Assembly: GCA_050249195.1 (NCBI GenBank)
Contig: JBFWQY010000021.1
Coordinates: 10,012-74,011 of the forward strand
DNA length: 64,000 nucleotides
Direction of reading: 5' to 3'
DNA from: Bdellovibrionales bacterium
GTDB lineage: Bacteria > Bdellovibrionota > Bdellovibrionia > Bdellovibrionales > UBA1609
The notes below the pieces were generated by a model that made no database searches, had not been told where the DNA came from, and saw only the letters and a program-made list of their open reading frames with translations. A program made the position numbers and the translations under genes. Below, in pieces: positions 45,902 through 53,781 of the stretch (its first letter is position 1; each line of letters begins with the position of its first letter).

Positions 45902-46591
45902 ATGGATCGGATTGAACTTCCATTCGCCACGCTAGACCTCTTCCCTACCCGATGGCCCGCGCCTCACGCCGTACCAAAGTACAATGAGACCTTTCAATTT
46001 TGGCACACGATCTGGGAGCAAACCTTCGCTGAGCTCAAAAACCAACGTAAGCTCTATTCAGACGACTTCTTTCGCATGGACGAGATCCTCGCCCTCTCAT
46101 CCGCGGGCAAAGTCGTCGGTTGTTTCCTATTCGGCTGGTATGATCTGCGGATCGACTCGCATCGATATCACTCCTATTTTAGCGCGTATCCCGAAGAGCT
46201 CATGCACATGCTTCAGTCTTCCACCTCCGGAATTGTCATGAGTATGGGGTATTTGGCTGTGGCCCCTGAGTGGCGGAAATCTAAAGTCGGCGTTCTGGTT
46301 TCTGAGGCTCTCCTGGGTCTGGCCTGCAAGAGATTTATTGCCTCCGGTGCCAGTCATCTCATTGCCTATACGAGGAACGATCGAAAAATTAATGACCTGT
46401 GTTATAGATACGGCGCGAGATGTGCCTACTCAAACCGTCGGGAACATAATGTGAGCGTTGACATTGTGCTTATGGAAAGGCCGGATGTTCGTTTCAGCCA
46501 AGACAAGAATGTTCGAACTTTCGTCGATGAACTCTGGTTGCGCCGCGCGTACCACGTCTCCACTCCTGTGCACCAAGAAAGTGCAGCGTGA
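45902..46591 (+). CDS. GNAT/LuxI-fold N-acyltransferase-like protein (N-acyl amino acid / autoinducer synthase-like)
   Basis: 229 aa. Order of blocks: W.TIWEQTF...YSDDFFRMD (acidic D.D.FD-like block), GKVVGCFLFGWYD, MGYLAVAPEWRKSKVG (GNAT beta4-alpha3-like), HLIAYTRNDRKINDLCYRYGA. This parallels LuxI/OlsB-type enzymes by eye. Not verified. Confidence 0.5.
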   Translation: MDRIELPFATLDLFPTRWPAPHAVPKYNETFQFWHTIWEQTFAELKNQRKLYSDDFFRMDEILALSSAGKVVGCFLFGWYDLRIDSHRYHSYFSAYPEELMHMLQSSTSGIVMSMGYLAVAPEWRKSKVGVLVSEALLGLACKRFIASGASHLIAYTRNDRKINDLCYRYGARCAYSNRREHNVSVDIVLMERPDVRFSQDKNVRTFVDELWLRRAYHVSTPVHQESAA

Positions 46592-46598
46592 GGTCTCT

Positions 46599-47579
46599 AT
46601 GTGGGAAGCGAACCCGCCATCGGTTGCAAAGGGGGATCTGAGGAAACTTGCGCGTCCCAATTGGTCTGTCCCGTTGAGTTTACTGGCCGGTGATTGGCTT
46701 ATCATTGGAATGGCCGTTGCGCTGTCGACCTACACCGATAATTTTTGGGTTTACATCTTTTGTGCAGGCGTCGTTGGGAGCCGACAACATGCACTCTTTG
46801 TCCTCGTTCACGAGGGAGTACATAAGCATTTAGCACGAAGCAAGAGAGTCAATGACTGGATTAGCAATCTCTTTGCGGCTTATCCCATCCTTTTTGACAC
46901 GGAAGCTTATCGCGAAAATCACCTCCGGCACCATGAGCATCTCAATACGGACCAAGACCCTGATTGGACAAGAAAGAAGGGTCACTCCGAATGGAAATTC
47001 CCTCAAAAGACACGAAATTTAGTTCTGTTTCTGCCCTACTTCATCTGTATTCGAGGCGCTCTTGAATGGCTCCAGATTGTGTTGGCCTTCTCCGGTATAT
47101 TCGTGAACCACATCGCATTCCCTCGTATGCGGAAGCGCTTGGCTGTCAAGATCGTCTACTACACGTGTGTGGGAGTTACGATAACGTATCTGAACCTTTG
47201 GCCGGCAATGCTAAAATACTGGCTGATCCCTATGTTTTTTATTTTTCCTCTGCTGCAGAGAATTCGTAGCGTTGCGGAACACTTTGGTCTGCCTTGGGCT
47301 CATGATCTGAACTCAACCCGCGATGTTGTGGCGTCTGGCCTGGAGCTATTTTTCCTCGCTCCGCACGCCGTTAATTATCATCTGACGCACCATCTCTACC
47401 CGGCCATTCCATGCTATCACCTTAAAGAAACACATCGCCTTTTGATGCAGGATCAAGTGTTCCAACAAAATGCGCATATTAACGGAAGCTACCTGCTGGG
47501 CTCTCAAAACTCGGTGCTGGGCGATATCATTCGACCTGCCGCGACCTCGAGCCATGACCCGGAGAGGGCCAGTGCTTAA
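46599..47579 (+). CDS. Membrane fatty-acid desaturase/hydroxylase family protein (second copy)
   Basis: ATG at 46599, 7 nt after the acyltransferase stop. His boxes HEGVHKH, HLRHHEH (followed by LNTDQDPDW) and HLTHHLYP. The track start at 46458 would overlap the upstream gene. Confidence 0.8.
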   Translation: MWEANPPSVAKGDLRKLARPNWSVPLSLLAGDWLIIGMAVALSTYTDNFWVYIFCAGVVGSRQHALFVLVHEGVHKHLARSKRVNDWISNLFAAYPILFDTEAYRENHLRHHEHLNTDQDPDWTRKKGHSEWKFPQKTRNLVLFLPYFICIRGALEWLQIVLAFSGIFVNHIAFPRMRKRLAVKIVYYTCVGVTITYLNLWPAMLKYWLIPMFFIFPLLQRIRSVAEHFGLPWAHDLNSTRDVVASGLELFFLAPHAVNYHLTHHLYPAIPCYHLKETHRLLMQDQVFQQNAHINGSYLLGSQNSVLGDIIRPAATSSHDPERASA

Positions 47580-48079
47580 TTCGAGAACCACCATACTGAC
47601 ATAGAACCCAGCCACAAAAGAATCAGGCCAGCCATTAACCAGCGTTGCCTCAATATCTCTGTCTGCAAAGACTGGACTTGGCGCAGAAGTTCGATCTGGT
47701 CGGGTTCTTTATCAGAAGCAATCTGAGTCAGATGCCGATGTCGGAGATTGAACCACGTGGCCAGGTCTGGCTGTGTCATGAGCTTGTGGTTTAGCGCCAA
47801 GTACCATTCAAGTGCGCGGTAGATATGCGGAGGAACACGGTTCTCGTCCCTGCACCAGCGCGTCCACGCCGAGGGATCGACCATTAGAAGCTGGCAGATT
47901 TTACGTCGTGAAAAGCCAAGCTTATGGCGAACCTGTTCGATCCCTCCATGTTGCGCTTTAAAAAGACGTATTTCAGCCTCATACAGGAGTCGAAGCGAAC
48001 TTCGCGGTCTTTCCTCCTTATCTCTGGAGTTCATTTCAACGCGACTACTTTCATGCTGACTATAGGTCTCGTTTTCCAT
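47576..48079 (-). CDS. Membrane-anchored XRE/MqsA-like helix-turn-helix protein
   Basis: HTH-like segment VRHKLGFSRRKICQLLMVDPSAWTRWCRDENRVPPHIYRALEWYLAL, then a coiled segment and the C-terminal TM helix LMAGLILLWLGSMSVWWF. GAGGA RBS upstream. Confidence 0.55.
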   Translation of the reverse strand: MENETYSQHESSRVEMNSRDKEERPRSSLRLLYEAEIRLFKAQHGGIEQVRHKLGFSRRKICQLLMVDPSAWTRWCRDENRVPPHIYRALEWYLALNHKLMTQPDLATWFNLRHRHLTQIASDKEPDQIELLRQVQSLQTEILRQRWLMAGLILLWLGSMSVWWFSN

Positions 48080-48088
48080 CGGATCCTC

Positions 48089-48109
48089 TATATTGTGAAA
48101 TACAATATA
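48089..48109. promoter_or_regulatory. Palindrome TATATTGT-GAAAT-ACAATATA immediately upstream of the HTH gene
   Basis: Read directly: 8-bp perfect inverted arms, 10-30 nt upstream of the start codon at 48079 (minus strand). Candidate autoregulatory operator. Confidence 0.3.
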
Positions 48110-48401
48110 ATAATGCTAATCACTATAAATATAGTTGCATTACACAATTATAACAAACTCTACGTCTGTAACTTTGTTATGTCTCATTATGCATAAATCG
48201 TGCGGCGAGTATGAAGTGAGGGGATATTCAAAATAAGCTGGAGCTTATAACTATAAGTCATAGTGCTAAGCTGTTGACATTTAATGGAAATATGATCGAA
48301 TTTGAATTTGAGACCCTATGGAAACCTCTGTTTTCAAGGGTCCCGGTACAAATTTAAACTATATTTATATACTATTTTTCCACTCGCGGGATTGATGCGC
48401 A

Positions 48402-48938
48402 ATGACACGGACTGCAGTGCGATATGCTTTGAATAAGAACAAATATCTACTCGATCCAGAAGCCGAGAGACTTCATCACATTCTTGAATCGTTCAAACTT
48501 AAGGACGCACGCAACTGCACACTGCTCTGGGTCCTTCTCCATACGGGAGCACGAGCTCAGGAAACATTAAACCTGCGTATTGAGGATTTGAATTCCTACG
48601 ATGAGTCCGTCTTTATCCGAGGGATCAAGGGGAGCAACGATCGCGAGCTCCCACTCCCTTCCTGGCTCTTTAAACGCCTTATGGACGAGACTTCTCGAGC
48701 GGTGGATCAACAGCTTTTCCCCATTTCCTATAACCGTCTATTTCAAATCTGGGAGCTCTATCGTCCCGTGCATAAGAAACTCCATGCCCTCCGACACACG
48801 TTCGCCATCCGTCTCTACAAGAAGACCAAAGACCTGCGCCTTGTTCAGGTGGCTCTTGGGCATCGCAATATCACCAACACCATGATCTATGCAGATTATG
48901 TTTACTCACAGGAGGAGTTAAGAAAGTTGATCCTGTAG
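48402..48938 (+). CDS. Tyrosine recombinase, catalytic domain only (178 aa, FimB/FimE-sized)
   Basis: Catalytic residues in order: LLHTGARAQE (Arg I), HALRHTFA (His-x-x-Arg II), LGHRNITNTMIYADY (His + Tyr nucleophile). There is no N-terminal core-binding domain. Flanked by 320-bp and 425-bp AT-rich non-coding DNA. Confidence 0.8.
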   Translation: MTRTAVRYALNKNKYLLDPEAERLHHILESFKLKDARNCTLLWVLLHTGARAQETLNLRIEDLNSYDESVFIRGIKGSNDRELPLPSWLFKRLMDETSRAVDQQLFPISYNRLFQIWELYRPVHKKLHALRHTFAIRLYKKTKDLRLVQVALGHRNITNTMIYADYVYSQEELRKLIL

Positions 48939-49363
48939 AAAGGCGCTGGATCTGCGGGAAAATCGGTAAGGTTCCTTTATTAGTTACATAAATATCGATA
49001 ATAGAGCATGGATCGCGGGACGCTGCGTTTCCTTTTTTGAAAAATTTCCTCGCACCTCAAAGTTCTCGGTTACGCCTATTTTCTTTTGCTCTGATGTGAA
49101 AGTTAGCGTTTCTAGTGGATACTTTTTTTAAATTGCTGATATTTTTACTTTCAGCTCGCCTTTGGAAGAGTTCCATTTTGGCATATGCCTTTTGACTCCA
49201 TATAACGTGGACACGTAACCACGATTATTCGGTTACTCAGTGCATTCTTCACATTCACAGTGGTGATATTTCGGGGGCTCCAAATTTGTCTCTGTCCTTT
49301 AAAGTCTTGGTTTGGGTTTTGTTCTTTTCGCTTTTCGCCGGATTCCTATTGCCGGTCCGGCCG

Positions 49364-51277
49364 ATGGCCTGGTCGGAGACAATAACTTCAATGACTCCCG
49401 AGTCGAGCGGCCGTTCGCGTTGTCCCAGCCATTTGCGTGGCTCTCGGCGACAGGAGGTTGGTCAAGCCGCTATTGCCAGCCGTTTATACGGAATGCGGGC
49501 TTACTTTATGCGCGTGCTCAGGGCGCGAAACGTTCCCTCAGTAGATGATGAGGATATTTTGCAGGAGATGATCATCAAGGTTTCCAACCGCAAGAAAAAT
49601 GATCCTGAAATTGATGACCAAAGTCTTAAGGATTATGCCACAGCGGCTCTCGGAACCTTACACATCGACCATTACCGACGAAACAAGAGGGGGGTTACGA
49701 AGTCTATTGATAGGAGTGATCGTATTGATGATGAGGACGTTTCCACGGCGATAGAATCCGCAATTTCGACCCAACCCAGACAAGATGGAATTGTCTATTC
49801 TGCCAGAGATGTAATGGCCGCGATCGCCACTTTGCCGAGTAGGCAGCGTACAGTTCTCCATCTTCTCGGGGTCGAAGGACTTCTCCAGGAAGAGGCGGCA
49901 GTGGTCATGGGAATCAACCCATCTGCAGTCAGCATGCTTCTCGATCGTTCGCGAGAGGCATTGAACAAAGTTGAACGAAGTCGAGTTCCCTTTTGGGACG
50001 TACACGTTCATCAATTTGCGATGTCCTTACGTGAATTTTCTCCCGTCATTAAGGGCTTCTTTAGAGAAACGGTCGGGAACCTCTTTCCTAAAGAAGAAAA
50101 AGAGAAGTGGCTGTTAGAAACAGCAGTGGAGGAACTCACAAACAGGATCGTGATTGAAGCGATTGCAGCTCAACATACGCTTACAGGTGAAACGGATTTC
50201 GGCCGGTGGTTGTTCCAAGTTATCTTCAAGTCAGGACTACCAGAATGGGATCCTTCCTTTTCCCGTCAGAATCCGGAGTTAGAACGATTTCGTCCGGACC
50301 GTATGAAAGTGGAATTCGATCGGATGTATGCGGATTTCTTCGCTCAAATTCCCGTTGAAGATGCCGGATTGTATATTATGGCCTCCCGGCTGAATCGAAA
50401 CGACGTGGAAATTGCCGACGCTTTGAGAGTTGAAGATACCACCGGTATAAAGCCCCGACTCAAGAGCATTGAACCGAGAATTAAAACTTTCCTGCGTCAA
50501 ATCAAACGACCGCGCACAACTGGCGGACGGGGCAACCAGAAGTCATCGTCACTATACAGCGATAACATGGAGAACGCCTCCTCCTCCGCACCGCCTGACG
50601 AAAAGGAAGAAGCCCAAGGCGGTACCACCTTAGAAGCATCTTCAGCCATCGAGTCCGTTCCTGCCTCAGTTTCTGTTTCACCCCCAGACGAGGCATCAAG
50701 CTCGCATCCCATCATTTTGAATGGAAGAATCTTCAAGAAGAACTTGGTGACTGGGGGAACTGTCCTTGGCGTCACGGGCTGGATGATTGAACTGGTACCT
50801 GAAGAAGAAGATATAACCGTTCCCCAGCAAAGAATTAGCATTCACGTCAGTTCAATGAGTAACGATTCCCCCCTCGCGGCCGCCAGAGCCATAGCCAAGT
50901 CCCATACTCGCGCGGCGAGAGCAGATAGGAAGGTCGGCATAGCGAAAGCGGCTCCTTATGAAGAGGACCTTTGGAGTCGTGATTTTTGGATAAAGGCTCC
51001 CTACAAGAATCCGGAGATTTGGAGTGCAAGAGATGGCTCGGCCTGGCTCGAACTTTCAAGGTACGGATTTGCAGATCGACGCGCGGAGTTTATCCGAATG
51101 CGTATCGGCCGGTTCCGTGGCTGGGAGCTTTTGGTTGAGCATCAGCTACGAAGCGATAAGCTCGGCCTGCGGGCGCTCCGGGCATTGAGTGATCAAGGAC
51201 TCCTCGAAAGGATCTCTGAGGAAGCCTTTGTGAATATGTTGATCGGACCTCTCCCAGGAACAGGAACGCGCCAATAA
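49364..51277 (+). CDS. ECF-type sigma-70 family protein fused to a second degenerate sigma-like module and a ~250-aa unknown C-terminal extension
   Basis: Region 2-like DDEDILQEMIIKV...LHIDHYRRNKR. Region 4 is LPSRQRTVLHLLGVEGLLQEEAAVVMGINPSAVSMLLDRSREAL. A second weaker set follows: DFGRWLFQVIF ... IPVEDAGLYIMASRLNRNDVEIADALRVEDTTGIKPRLKSIEPRIKTFL. After that come a Ser/Pro/Glu-rich linker and a C-terminal domain. The track start TTG 49286 adds a hydrophobic extension; ATG 49364 is preferred (uncertain). Confidence 0.6.
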   Translation: MAWSETITSMTPESSGRSRCPSHLRGSRRQEVGQAAIASRLYGMRAYFMRVLRARNVPSVDDEDILQEMIIKVSNRKKNDPEIDDQSLKDYATAALGTLHIDHYRRNKRGVTKSIDRSDRIDDEDVSTAIESAISTQPRQDGIVYSARDVMAAIATLPSRQRTVLHLLGVEGLLQEEAAVVMGINPSAVSMLLDRSREALNKVERSRVPFWDVHVHQFAMSLREFSPVIKGFFRETVGNLFPKEEKEKWLLETAVEELTNRIVIEAIAAQHTLTGETDFGRWLFQVIFKSGLPEWDPSFSRQNPELERFRPDRMKVEFDRMYADFFAQIPVEDAGLYIMASRLNRNDVEIADALRVEDTTGIKPRLKSIEPRIKTFLRQIKRPRTTGGRGNQKSSSLYSDNMENASSSAPPDEKEEAQGGTTLEASSAIESVPASVSVSPPDEASSSHPIILNGRIFKKNLVTGGTVLGVTGWMIELVPEEEDITVPQQRISIHVSSMSNDSPLAAARAIAKSHTRAARADRKVGIAKAAPYEEDLWSRDFWIKAPYKNPEIWSARDGSAWLELSRYGFADRRAEFIRMRIGRFRGWELLVEHQLRSDKLGLRALRALSDQGLLERISEEAFVNMLIGPLPGTGTRQ

Positions 51278-51307
51278 AAAAAGCCGGTCTGGTGGGGGCC
51301 AGCCGGC
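51276..51307 (-). terminator. Rho-independent terminator (for minus-strand gene 51382..51768; hairpin also abuts the stop of the sigma-fusion gene)
   Basis: The minus-strand RNA reads GCCGGCUGG-CCCCCA-CCAGACCGGC followed by UUUUUUU. Confidence 0.65.
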
Positions 51308-51381
51308 TCGAGTGGGGGTCATCCATAGGGGGTATGGGGGGTCTATGGAATCTTTGATTCAAATTTCAGCGACAGTTTCTT

Positions 51382-51768
51382 CTAGCTTCCCTGTCCTTCA
51401 TCCGAACTTGGAGCGGTGGCATTTACATTTACCGCACGGGGTTCGCCGACACTGTCGAAGCGGCGATCCACAACGGGTCCGGGCGTATCACCCAGGCCCA
51501 CTTCCATATCAATAAAATCAATTACTTTTTCTTTCTCTTTTGCGCTGGCAGATGCTGTTTTCTCAACGGCGACGGGGGCGGATTCATCCGCCGCATGCTC
51601 CAGGCCACCATGCAGCTTCTGTTTCTCTTGATGCGTCTCTTCAATCATGCGGTTCCAGTCCACGCGGAGGGCCGGCTTTTGAATTGGAGAATCCGCAAAG
51701 CTCACGGAGCTCAATGCCATTACGAGTACCGCGAATGAAACCGTCATTACACTCTTTGCGTTTTTCAT
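51382..51768 (-). CDS. Hypothetical secreted protein
   Basis: ATG at 51768 has AAGGAGAGG 5 nt upstream. Signal peptide MKNAKSVMTVSFAVLVMALSSVSFA. Acidic, low-complexity mature part. Confidence 0.5.
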   Translation of the reverse strand: MKNAKSVMTVSFAVLVMALSSVSFADSPIQKPALRVDWNRMIEETHQEKQKLHGGLEHAADESAPVAVEKTASASAKEKEKVIDFIDMEVGLGDTPGPVVDRRFDSVGEPRAVNVNATAPSSDEGQGS

Positions 51769-52069
51769 AACCTCTCCTTGCATTCCACAATTGCAACGGT
51801 GGTGCCACCCACACCGGGGGATTAAATTGAACCTGACGACAAAGCACTGTCTAAAGTCTCGACAAGGACCTGATCAACTTCGGCAACTGTCCATCTTCTG
51901 AACAACAGATTCCCCGGGCTGGGCCGAAACCCCATTAAAATAGGTGGCTTACAGAATGTTTGATGCCGCGATCAGGGGGTGCCAGGCGCGGATTCTTATC
52001 GGAATGATGATCCCATCCGCAACGAGCTGGGCCAGGGGTGTTGGCTGAGCACTTTTGCTTTTCGAGCGT

Positions 52070-52906
52070 TCAGTGCACCCAATAAATGAGACCGCCGGCC
52101 GCTTCACCGCCGTAAATGGGAGGCGATTGATTCGGAAAGGCGAGAGCCCGCCCCTCAAGGAATAAAGAAAAGCGAGGGCTCAAGAAGAACTGAAACCCAA
52201 GCAGGCCTTGAGCTCCAAGGTAAAACGGCAGACTTTCCGCATCATCCAGGCTCAGCTTTGTTCCCTCCAGTGTGAGAGTCGTCGACGTGGCCCTCGCGAA
52301 TTCCACACCGAAACCCGCATAAAATGGTTCAAACGAGGAAAAAGGACTCCAGGCCGTTTGTGCCGTGACGGAGATCATCTCATGCTCGAGGGTTGCCTTC
52401 CGCGACGATTGGGAAACATCATCCCTGGCCCGTGTTTCATAACGGGTCATCCGCTGACCCAGAGTCACTCGCCAGAATCGGCGCCGTCCAAACTGAGCTA
52501 CGATATAGGGGGAGGTCGCCTGACTGGCGTAATCTTCTGTCGTGTAGTTGACCTGGTCGCGGGTTTCAAATTTCAATCCACTATGCCTCAGCTGTGTCCA
52601 AACGCCACTGCCTCCAAGCCCCCAGGCAGCCCGGTCGAGTTTGCGTTCCGGTTTGACTTCAAGGTCGTCTGTAAAGAGGTAGCCTCCCACCCATCGCCCC
52701 GAACGTCTCACCCGTACCCGCGAGAACCCATCATACTTGCTGGGTAAAAGGAAAAGGATCTCTCCCTTTTGAACAAAGAACTGGATCCGAGCGTCCAGAT
52801 CCGGCTTTTTACGAATGGCAAGCGGATGCGGCGCCTGAATGCGTGTGTGGGAGGGCGGTGTGGACCACCCGAGGCCGAGGGTGAGAAAACTCAAGACGAG
52901 GTACAT
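52070..52906 (-). CDS. Putative outer-membrane beta-barrel protein with N-terminal SH3b-like domain
   Basis: Signal peptide followed by AIRKKPDLDARIQFFVQKGEILFLL...VRVRRSGRWVGGYLFTDDL (SH3b-like). Then alternating-hydrophobicity strands to an aromatic C-terminus (GGLIYWVH). Assigned by pattern only. Confidence 0.45.
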   Translation of the reverse strand: MYLVLSFLTLGLGWSTPPSHTRIQAPHPLAIRKKPDLDARIQFFVQKGEILFLLPSKYDGFSRVRVRRSGRWVGGYLFTDDLEVKPERKLDRAAWGLGGSGVWTQLRHSGLKFETRDQVNYTTEDYASQATSPYIVAQFGRRRFWRVTLGQRMTRYETRARDDVSQSSRKATLEHEMISVTAQTAWSPFSSFEPFYAGFGVEFARATSTTLTLEGTKLSLDDAESLPFYLGAQGLLGFQFFLSPRFSLFLEGRALAFPNQSPPIYGGEAAGGLIYWVH

Positions 52907-52966
52907 CCATTTATAGTGCGTCTCGACGCTATTGACGGCAATGCGCCATAGGCCTAGATTGCGCCT

Positions 52967-53545
52967 ATGAAATCAAATGTCAGCTCGTTCCAGATTTTAT
53001 TAAAAGATCTGCCTCCAGAAGGACAAGATTTTGAGTTTTCACGTAATTCCGCAGAGTTAAACGATTTACTTGAAGACCTTATAGGCTCCCATGCCTACTC
53101 TATCAAAATCAGGATTACGCCCCAAGGCAACACCTTTGACCTTCGAGGAGAAATTCACACCGGATTTCAGCTTCAATGCTCCCGCTGCGCCACTGATTTT
53201 GAATTTCCCGTCGATCTCCAACTTCATGACTACTTGGTTATAGATCGTCCACTAGGAAAAGGGGACCAGATCAGCCGTGCCAACCATGCTCATGAATGGA
53301 ACGCGGAAGGTCCTGATTACATTCTTCTCCAATCCGAGACATTCAATTTGGCCGAATACGCTCACGAGGCGATTGCATTGGCTGAGCCTATGCGCCCCTT
53401 GTGTTCTCCCAACTCTGCGGAAGGATGTCAAAATCCGGAAATTCGGGTGGAGCGGGAGTGGCTCTCCTATGGACGCGGAGAACGTGATGAATCGATTCGC
53501 GCAAATCCTTTTCGAGTGCTCGAAAAAATTAAATTAAAGAGTTGA
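52967..53545 (+). CDS. yceD: YceD (DUF177) family 23S rRNA accumulation protein
   Basis: LQCSRCATDFEFPV and C-terminal Cys pairs, plus the position immediately upstream of rpmF as in E. coli. Confidence 0.75.
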   Translation: MKSNVSSFQILLKDLPPEGQDFEFSRNSAELNDLLEDLIGSHAYSIKIRITPQGNTFDLRGEIHTGFQLQCSRCATDFEFPVDLQLHDYLVIDRPLGKGDQISRANHAHEWNAEGPDYILLQSETFNLAEYAHEAIALAEPMRPLCSPNSAEGCQNPEIRVEREWLSYGRGERDESIRANPFRVLEKIKLKS

Positions 53546-53596
53546 TTTCTTTAGACAAATAGATAATGTAGCCGCTTTATTACAAACAGGACGACT

Positions 53597-53776
53597 ATGC
53601 CAACACCGAAAAAGAAAACTTCGCGTTCGCGCCGAGACATGCGACGTTCCCACGACCACCTCAGCACGCCGGGCGTTCAAAATTGTCCGAACTGCGGGGC
53701 CATTGCCAAGCCGCACCACCTTTGCACCTCCTGCGGTTACTACAAGGGCCGAGAAGTCGTAACGGCTCAAGCTTAG
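53597..53776 (+). CDS. rpmF: 50S ribosomal protein L32
   Basis: Absent from the ORF track (59 aa). My translation is MPTPKKKTSRSRRDMRRSHDHLSTPGVQNCPNCGAIAKPHHLCTSCGYYKGREVVTAQA. It has the canonical L32 N-terminus and a CxxC...CxxC zinc ribbon. Confidence 0.85.
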   Translation: MPTPKKKTSRSRRDMRRSHDHLSTPGVQNCPNCGAIAKPHHLCTSCGYYKGREVVTAQA

Positions 53777-53781
53777 AATGA

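Noticed and set aside
49286-49363. Hydrophobic N-terminal extension (TTG start) of the sigma-fusion ORF, which would make it membrane-anchored
   Set aside because: A sigma factor with an N-terminal signal/TM segment is implausible and ATG 49364 is available. This is kept as an open question rather than a firm rejection.
48080-49363. Definite inverton call
   Set aside because: I could not find a convincing pair of long inverted repeats bracketing a promoter, only short AT-rich dyads that can arise by chance. It is downgraded to a hypothesis in the findings.
47576-51307. Prophage or integrative conjugative element
   Set aside because: Only a mini tyrosine recombinase is present. I saw no capsid, tail, terminase, relaxase or T4SS genes, no adjacent tRNA gene, and no flanking direct repeats by eye.
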